Below, one piece after another: positions 58,557 to 64,000 of a stretch of DNA of 64,000 bases (position 1 is its first letter; every line of letters begins with the position of its first letter). A program made the position numbers and the translations under genes. Under the pieces are notes generated by a model, which was given only the letters and a program-made list of their open reading frames with translations, had not been told where the DNA came from and did no database searches. The DNA is from a bacterium (GTDB lineage: Bacteria > UBA8248): positions 960,001 to 1,024,000 of the forward strand of contig CBDBEV010000001.1 of the NCBI GenBank assembly GCA_965204535.1, written 5' to 3'.

Positions 58557-60695
58557 ATGAGTCAGCCGGAAGGGCGCCTGGGCGCCGAGTGGATGGATGG
58601 GGGGGTGCGGTTTTCCCTTTTCTCAGAGCATGCGGAGGGGGTCGAGCTTTGCCTGTTCAACCCGGATGACCACGGCAGGGAGACGGCGCGTGTCCCTCTC
58701 GAACGGCATGGCGACATCTGGCGCGCGGAGGTGGAAGGCTTGGGGGCTGGACAGCCCTATGGATTCCGCGTCCACGGCCCCTATGACCCCGCGCATGGGC
58801 ATCGCTTCAACGGTTACAAGGTGCTGCTGGACCCGTATGCGCGGGCGATTGCGGGCGAGGTTCACTGGTGCGAGGAGATGTATGGCTACCGGGATGGCGA
58901 CATTCACCACTTCGATGCAAGGGACAACGCCCACGCGGCGCCCAAGAGCGTGCTCGTGGATTCTTCCTTCGATTGGGAGGAGGTCCCCCCGCCCGGGACG
59001 TCCTGGTCCGAGACCGTCGTATACGAGCTGCACGTCAAGGGTTTCACCATGCGGCATCCCGACGTGCCCGAAGAGCTCCGGGGCGCGTATTCGGGCCTGG
59101 CCCACCCTGCCGCGGTCGAATACCTGAAAGATCTGGGCGTAACGGCCATCGAGCTTTTGCCCGTTCATCACCGGGTCTCGGAGCAGCGTCTCCAGACGCT
59201 GGGGCTCTCCAATTACTGGGGGTACGCGACGCTCGGTTTTTTCGCGCCCGATGCGCGCTTTTCCAGCCGAGGGGATCGGGGCGGGCAGGTCGATGAGTTC
59301 AAGGAGATGGTGAAGACGTATCACCGCGCGGGAATCGAGGTGATTCTCGACGTGGCCTACAACCACACCGGGGAGGGGGATTTCCGGGGGCCGCATCTCT
59401 CTTTTCGCGGGCTCGACAACAGGGCCTATTACCGCGTGGATCCGAAGGATGAGAGCCGCTACGTCGACACGACCGGCTGCGGCAATTCGCTGAACGCCTC
59501 GCATCCGGCGGTCCTGCGCCTCATCGTGGACAGCCTGCGCTGCTGGGCGGAGGAGTTTCACGTCGACGGCTTCCGGTTCGACCTCGCTCCCACTCTCGCG
59601 CGGACGGAGAGGGGCTTCGACCCCGAATCCGCGTTTTTCAAGGCGGTCGCGGACGACCCTGTTCTCTCGAAGCGAAAGCTCATCGCCGAACCCTGGGATT
59701 TGGGCGAGAAGGGCTATCAACTGGGGAATTTCCCGAAAGGCTGGACGGAATGGAACGGGAAGTTCCGGGATGCGGCGCGCCGGTTCTGGCGCGCGGATTT
59801 CGACCAGGCGGCGGAGTTCGCCACGCGCGTGACGGGGAGCAGCGACGTTTTCGAGATCGGCGGGCGGGCCCCGCAAGCAAGCCTCAATTTTATCGCCTGT
59901 CACGACGGGTTCACGCTCGAGGATCTGGTGAGCTTTCAGCACAAGCACAATGATGCGAACAGGGAGGGCAACAACGACGGCGCGGATGAGGACCATAGCT
60001 GGAACGGCGGGGTGGAGGGCCCGACGGACGACCCCTTCGTATCGACCATGCGCGCGCGGCGCAAGAAGAATCTGCTCGCGAGCCTGTTTCTCGCCCAGGG
60101 CGTGCCGATGCTCCAGGCGGGAGACGAGTTCGGGCGCACGCAGTCGGGGAACAACAACGCCTATTGCCAGGACAACGGTACCTCCTGGGTGGACTGGGCT
60201 TTGGTGGAAAAAAACGGAAATCTGCTTTCTTTCGTGAAAAACCTCATCCGTTGGAGAGGGGCCCGGCAGGCGTTTCGGCGCACGGCGTTTTTCCCGCAAC
60301 AAAGCCGGGCCGAGGCGGAAAAACCCGAGCTCGTCTGGCTTCACCACTTGGGTCATGAATTGGGAGCGAATGAGTGGGATGTGAATTACATGAAGTGTCT
60401 GGGCTTCAGGTTGTGGGGAGCAAGGGAAGGAAATCTTTTTTCTCGGCACGAGCATGTGAATCGTGATACCTTCGTCGTGCTCATGAACGCTCATCATGAA
60501 GCGATACCCTTCGTTTTCCTCGAAGAAGACAGAATGAAGAGATGGACCGTCGTGATGGATACGTCTCAGGTCGATGAAAAAGGCTGGAACTGGCGGATTC
60601 ACTCGGGCGATTCCTACCTCCTCGCCGGAGAGACTCTGGCCTTGCTGAGAGTTCGCAACGAATCGCCCGTGGCGCAGGGGGAAGCGATCCTATGA
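58557..60695 (+). CDS. glgX: Glycogen debranching enzyme
   Basis: YELHVKGFT, NYWGY....FFAP, YNHTGEG, DGFRFDLA, IAEPWD, HDGFTL.D and Q.GNNNAYCQD. Confidence 0.95.
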   Translation: MSQPEGRLGAEWMDGGVRFSLFSEHAEGVELCLFNPDDHGRETARVPLERHGDIWRAEVEGLGAGQPYGFRVHGPYDPAHGHRFNGYKVLLDPYARAIAGEVHWCEEMYGYRDGDIHHFDARDNAHAAPKSVLVDSSFDWEEVPPPGTSWSETVVYELHVKGFTMRHPDVPEELRGAYSGLAHPAAVEYLKDLGVTAIELLPVHHRVSEQRLQTLGLSNYWGYATLGFFAPDARFSSRGDRGGQVDEFKEMVKTYHRAGIEVILDVAYNHTGEGDFRGPHLSFRGLDNRAYYRVDPKDESRYVDTTGCGNSLNASHPAVLRLIVDSLRCWAEEFHVDGFRFDLAPTLARTERGFDPESAFFKAVADDPVLSKRKLIAEPWDLGEKGYQLGNFPKGWTEWNGKFRDAARRFWRADFDQAAEFATRVTGSSDVFEIGGRAPQASLNFIACHDGFTLEDLVSFQHKHNDANREGNNDGADEDHSWNGGVEGPTDDPFVSTMRARRKKNLLASLFLAQGVPMLQAGDEFGRTQSGNNNAYCQDNGTSWVDWALVEKNGNLLSFVKNLIRWRGARQAFRRTAFFPQQSRAEAEKPELVWLHHLGHELGANEWDVNYMKCLGFRLWGAREGNLFSRHEHVNRDTFVVLMNAHHEAIPFVFLEEDRMKRWTVVMDTSQVDEKGWNWRIHSGDSYLLAGETLALLRVRNESPVAQGEAIL

Positions 60696-62608
60696 GCGTC
60701 GTCCGCTACCCCGCGCTTTCCTACATCACGGATTACGACATTTACCTGTTCAACCAGGGCTCGCACTTCACCTTGTACGAAAAAATGGGCGCGCATCCGA
60801 TGACGGTGGACGGGGAAGAGGGCGTTCACTTCGCCGTATGGGCGCCGAATGCGGATTCGGTGAGCGTCATCGGGGATTTCAACGGCTGGGACGAGGACGC
60901 CCACCCGCTGGCTCCGGTGGAGAGCTCGGGAATATGGGCGGGGTTCATCCCGGGCGTGGGGACGGGTGAGGTCTACAAATACCGGATTCATTCGCAGTTC
61001 GGCGACTACCGTGTGGAAAAGGCGGATCCTTTCGGGTTCTACAGCGAGGTCCCTCCCAAGAGCGGCTCGGTCGTCTGGGACCTCGACTACGAATGGGGGG
61101 ATGGAAACTGGATGGAGTGCCGGGGCGCTTGCAACGGCCGCGAAGCACCCATCTCCATCTATGAGCTTCATATCGGCTCCTGGCGACGGGCGCCGCATCA
61201 GGAGGACCGCCCGCTCACCTACAGGGAACTCGCCCCCCAACTCGCCGAGCACATGCTCCACATGGGGTTCACCCACGTGGAATTCCTGCCGGTGATGGAG
61301 CACCCCTTCAACGGCTCATGGGGATATCAGATCACGGGCTACTTCTCGCCCACGAGCCGCTTCGGGACGCCTCAGGACTTGATGTATCTCATCGATTATC
61401 TCCACCAGCGCGGCTTGGGCGTGATACTCGACTGGGTGCCCTCGCACTTTCCCACGGACGGGCACGGGCTGGGCTTTTTCGACGGAACCCACCTCTACGA
61501 GCACGCCGACCCCCGGCGGGGGTTTCATCCCGATTGGCAGAGCCACATCTTCAATTACGGGCGTAACGAGGTCGCCGCCTTCCTGATAAACAGCGCCCTG
61601 TACTGGCTCGAAATTTTCCACGCCGACGGGCTGCGCGTCGACGGCGTGGCCTCGATGCTCTATCTCGATTATTCGAGGAAAGAGGGCGAGTGGCTTCCCA
61701 ACGAAGAGGGGGGCCGGGAGAATCTCGATGCCATTTCTTTCCTCAGGCGGCTGAACACCGAAGTCTATCGCCGGTTTCCCGACGTGCAGACCATCGCGGA
61801 AGAATCCACCGCCTGGCCGATGGTATCGAGACCCGTGGATACGGGGGGCCTGGGTTTCGGCATGAAGTGGGACATGGGCTGGATGCACGATTCGCTCGCG
61901 TACATGAAAAAAGACCCCGTCCACCGGAAATTTCACCACAAACTGCTCACGTTCCGGATGCTTTACGCCTATAACGAGAATTTCGTGCTGCCGCTCTCCC
62001 ACGACGAGGTGGTGCACGGCAAGAGCTCCCTGCTCGGGAAGATGCCGGGAGAGAGCGGACGGAAATTCGCGAACCTTCGCGCGCTCTACGGGCTGATGTT
62101 CGCCCAGCCCGGCAAGAAACTCCTCTTCATGGGCGGTGAATTCGGCCAGTGGCGCGAATGGAACCACGACGGCGCGCTCGACTGGGATTTGACCCAGGAA
62201 CCCTTGAGGGCGGGGCTGATGAAGTGGGTGCGCGACCTGAACGCCTTGTACCATCAGGAGCGCGCCCTGTTCCGGAGGGATTACGACCCGAGCGGCTTCA
62301 AGTGGGTGGCGGCGGATGCGGCCGATGACAGCGTTTTGGGGTTCGTGCGGGTCGCCACGGAGGATGAACCCATGCTGCTCGTGGCGGCGAACCTGACGCC
62401 CGTGCCCAGGATGCACTACCGGATGGGCGTTCCCGCCGACGGCGATTGGATCGAGGTGCTGAACAGCGATGCGGAAACCTACGGCGGCAGTGGCATGGGA
62501 AATCCCGACGGCTGCCACGCGGCGGCGGCGCCACTGAACGACCAGCCCTATTCCATCGAGATAACGCTGCCCCCGCTTGCGGTCGTTTATCTAAGAGAGA
62601 CGCATTAG
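60692..62608 (+). CDS. glgB: 1,4-alpha-glucan branching enzyme
   Basis: FAVWAPNA, YELH.GSW, SWGYQ, DWVPSHF, DGLRVDGVASMLYLDYSR, AEEST and LSHDEVVHGK. Confidence 0.96.
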   Translation: MSVVRYPALSYITDYDIYLFNQGSHFTLYEKMGAHPMTVDGEEGVHFAVWAPNADSVSVIGDFNGWDEDAHPLAPVESSGIWAGFIPGVGTGEVYKYRIHSQFGDYRVEKADPFGFYSEVPPKSGSVVWDLDYEWGDGNWMECRGACNGREAPISIYELHIGSWRRAPHQEDRPLTYRELAPQLAEHMLHMGFTHVEFLPVMEHPFNGSWGYQITGYFSPTSRFGTPQDLMYLIDYLHQRGLGVILDWVPSHFPTDGHGLGFFDGTHLYEHADPRRGFHPDWQSHIFNYGRNEVAAFLINSALYWLEIFHADGLRVDGVASMLYLDYSRKEGEWLPNEEGGRENLDAISFLRRLNTEVYRRFPDVQTIAEESTAWPMVSRPVDTGGLGFGMKWDMGWMHDSLAYMKKDPVHRKFHHKLLTFRMLYAYNENFVLPLSHDEVVHGKSSLLGKMPGESGRKFANLRALYGLMFAQPGKKLLFMGGEFGQWREWNHDGALDWDLTQEPLRAGLMKWVRDLNALYHQERALFRRDYDPSGFKWVAADAADDSVLGFVRVATEDEPMLLVAANLTPVPRMHYRMGVPADGDWIEVLNSDAETYGGSGMGNPDGCHAAAAPLNDQPYSIEITLPPLAVVYLRETH

Positions 62609-62659
62609 GCGCTCCCGACCAGGGAGGAGGAATCCTGGTAGGGACAACCCCCCGTGGTT

Positions 62660-62976
62660 GGGGTTGTTGAAAAAGTCCAATGAAGGAGGGTTGCAGGTTT
62701 TGTAGTAGGGACAGGTCGCAACCTTTCACTACGGCCTACCCAAGGAGAGGGGAAATTCACTCCCCCCTTGAGGGGGAGTCAGTGAGCTAAGGGCGTAAGC
62801 CCGCAAGCGAACTGGTGGGGGGAGGTTTTAATTTGGAATCGTCCCCCCACCGATTCAGCCGTCGCACAAAACGCTCGGCTTCATCGACTCCCCCTCAAGG
62901 GGGGAGTTGATTTGGAAATCTCCTCGCTGGAAAGAGATTTCCATAGGGGTCGAACACCGACTTTTTCAACAGCCCC
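62660..62976. mobile_element. MITE-like element with REPIN-like core in reverse orientation
   Basis: Ends GGGGTTGTTGAAAAAGTC / GACTTTTTCAACAGCCCC; core 62759-62907. Confidence 0.8.
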
Positions 62977-63043
62977 GAGGCGAGAAGGTTGCGAATGACG
63001 ACGACATGATTGGGGCGACGCGGCGCGTCCGCCCTGTTTGTGT

Positions 63044-63676
63044 CTAATACAGGCCCGTCTTGTATCTCTCCTGAATGCCCTTGTTGAGTTCCTCTCCGTC
63101 GTCGTAGCCGTCTTCGGCTATCTGATCGGAGAGCATCTGCCCCATCGAGGGGAAAGACTTTCTTTCGATGTGTTTTTCCGCGTTCCAGAGGTCCGCGCGG
63201 ATGAGGGCCTTTCCGCAGTGGAGATACACGTCGTCCACGTCGACGATCATCGCCGACCGGGGGAGCCTGCCCTTCACCGAGTGCGGTTCGAGGACTTCGG
63301 GGTCGGTGGTGATGCGCGCCCGCCCGTTCACGCGCAGCGTCTCGCACATGCCGGGCACGAGGAAGAGGAGGCCGACGTGGTTGTTCTCCACGATGTTGCT
63401 CATGGTGTCGACGCGGTTGTTGCCCGGCCTGTCGGGGATGATCAGCGTGCTCTCGTCAATCACCTTGACGAATCCGGGCGGGTCCCCTTTCGGGGATGCG
63501 TCCGCGCCTTCCGGCGTGGCGGAGGAGATGACCATGAACGGAGACAGGGCGATGAAGTTCTTGGCGTGCTCGTCGAGCTTCGCCATCTGCTTCTTGACGC
63601 TGCGCTCGTTGGCCGGGCCGTAGAACTCGCGAAGCTCTTCTTTGGTTTCTATCCTGGACGCTGTCGTTTGCTCCAT
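63044..63676 (-). CDS. Pyridoxamine 5'-phosphate oxidase-like FMN-binding protein
   Basis: DASPKGDPPGFV, PDRPGNNR.D...N, LLFLVPG..ETLRVNG.A and Y.HC.KA..R..LW. Confidence 0.88.
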   Translation of the reverse strand: MEQTTASRIETKEELREFYGPANERSVKKQMAKLDEHAKNFIALSPFMVISSATPEGADASPKGDPPGFVKVIDESTLIIPDRPGNNRVDTMSNIVENNHVGLLFLVPGMCETLRVNGRARITTDPEVLEPHSVKGRLPRSAMIVDVDDVYLHCGKALIRADLWNAEKHIERKSFPSMGQMLSDQIAEDGYDDGEELNKGIQERYKTGLY

Positions 63677-63701
63677 CGAATCGTCTCCCTCCGGGGGATA
63701 T

Positions 63702-63776
63702 TGGAGGCGCCACCCGGATTCGAACCGGGGAATAAAGGATTTGCAGTCCTCTGCCTTACCACTTGGCTATGGCGCC
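63702..63776 (-). tRNA. tRNA-Cys (GCA)
   Basis: Reverse complement GGCGCCATAGCCAAGTGGTAAGGCAGAGGACTGCAAATCCTTTATTCCCCGGTTCGAATCCGGGTGGCGCCTCCA: cloverleaf, TTCGA T-loop, encoded CCA. Confidence 0.97.
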
Positions 63777-64000
63777 GGGGTGTCGGGGCGTGATGCCCGA
63801 AATCAAGAATCTTTATTATCCTACCTGAACCGGCGTTGTCCAGCGAGTGGCATTCATCCTCTTGTGTTCATTCGGCTCGCCCGATAGGCGAGGGCGCGGC
63901 TTTTGGATTAGACTGGCTTCATCCGGCCCGCCCGGAAGGACGGGTTCGCACACTTTTCGAGGGAGGGATTCATGTCGGCGCATCCAGCAGTGGAAAACGC

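Noticed and set aside
63702-63776. tRNA-Cys as an integration site for the phage-like genes
   Set aside because: No duplicated tRNA 3' end or integrase was seen in the window.
63972-64000. Start of a CDS at the window edge (GGGAGG RBS + ATG)
   Set aside because: Too short to assign.

Overview
GC-rich bacterial chromosome segment. Housekeeping and metabolic content: two CocE/NonD hydrolases, a sugar-type ABC transporter, an adenylate cyclase, amtB, a diadenylate cyclase, three luciferase-like oxidoreductases, a complete F420 biosynthesis cluster, aroE, an amidase, a sulfite-oxidase-family molybdoenzyme, glgX-glgB and tRNA-Cys. The most striking feature is a set of tailed-phage morphogenesis genes split into three + strand modules: A (1-796, Mu gp26/gp27-like), B (16837-19891, two-gene large terminase and portal) and C (30167-38157, protease/scaffold/capsid fusion, neck, tail tube and chaperones). 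They keep canonical phage order but are separated by about 16 kb and 10 kb of ordinary host genes, and no integrase, replication or lysis gene is recognisable in the window. Modules B and C are each preceded by an identical 23-bp motif followed exactly 24 nt later by a -10-like hexamer. Together this suggests a domesticated, co-regulated, gene-transfer-agent-like system (inference); the tail-tube gene is interrupted by an IS1182 in this strain. Also present: two probable selenoproteins missed by the ORF track (UGSC-type and OsmC-type, each with an in-frame UGA and a SECIS-like hairpin), three toxin-antitoxin-like pairs, two IS1182-family elements and about eight mosaic MITE/REP elements that share the ends of one IS. 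All protein family calls come from motif recognition by eye; no database search was run.
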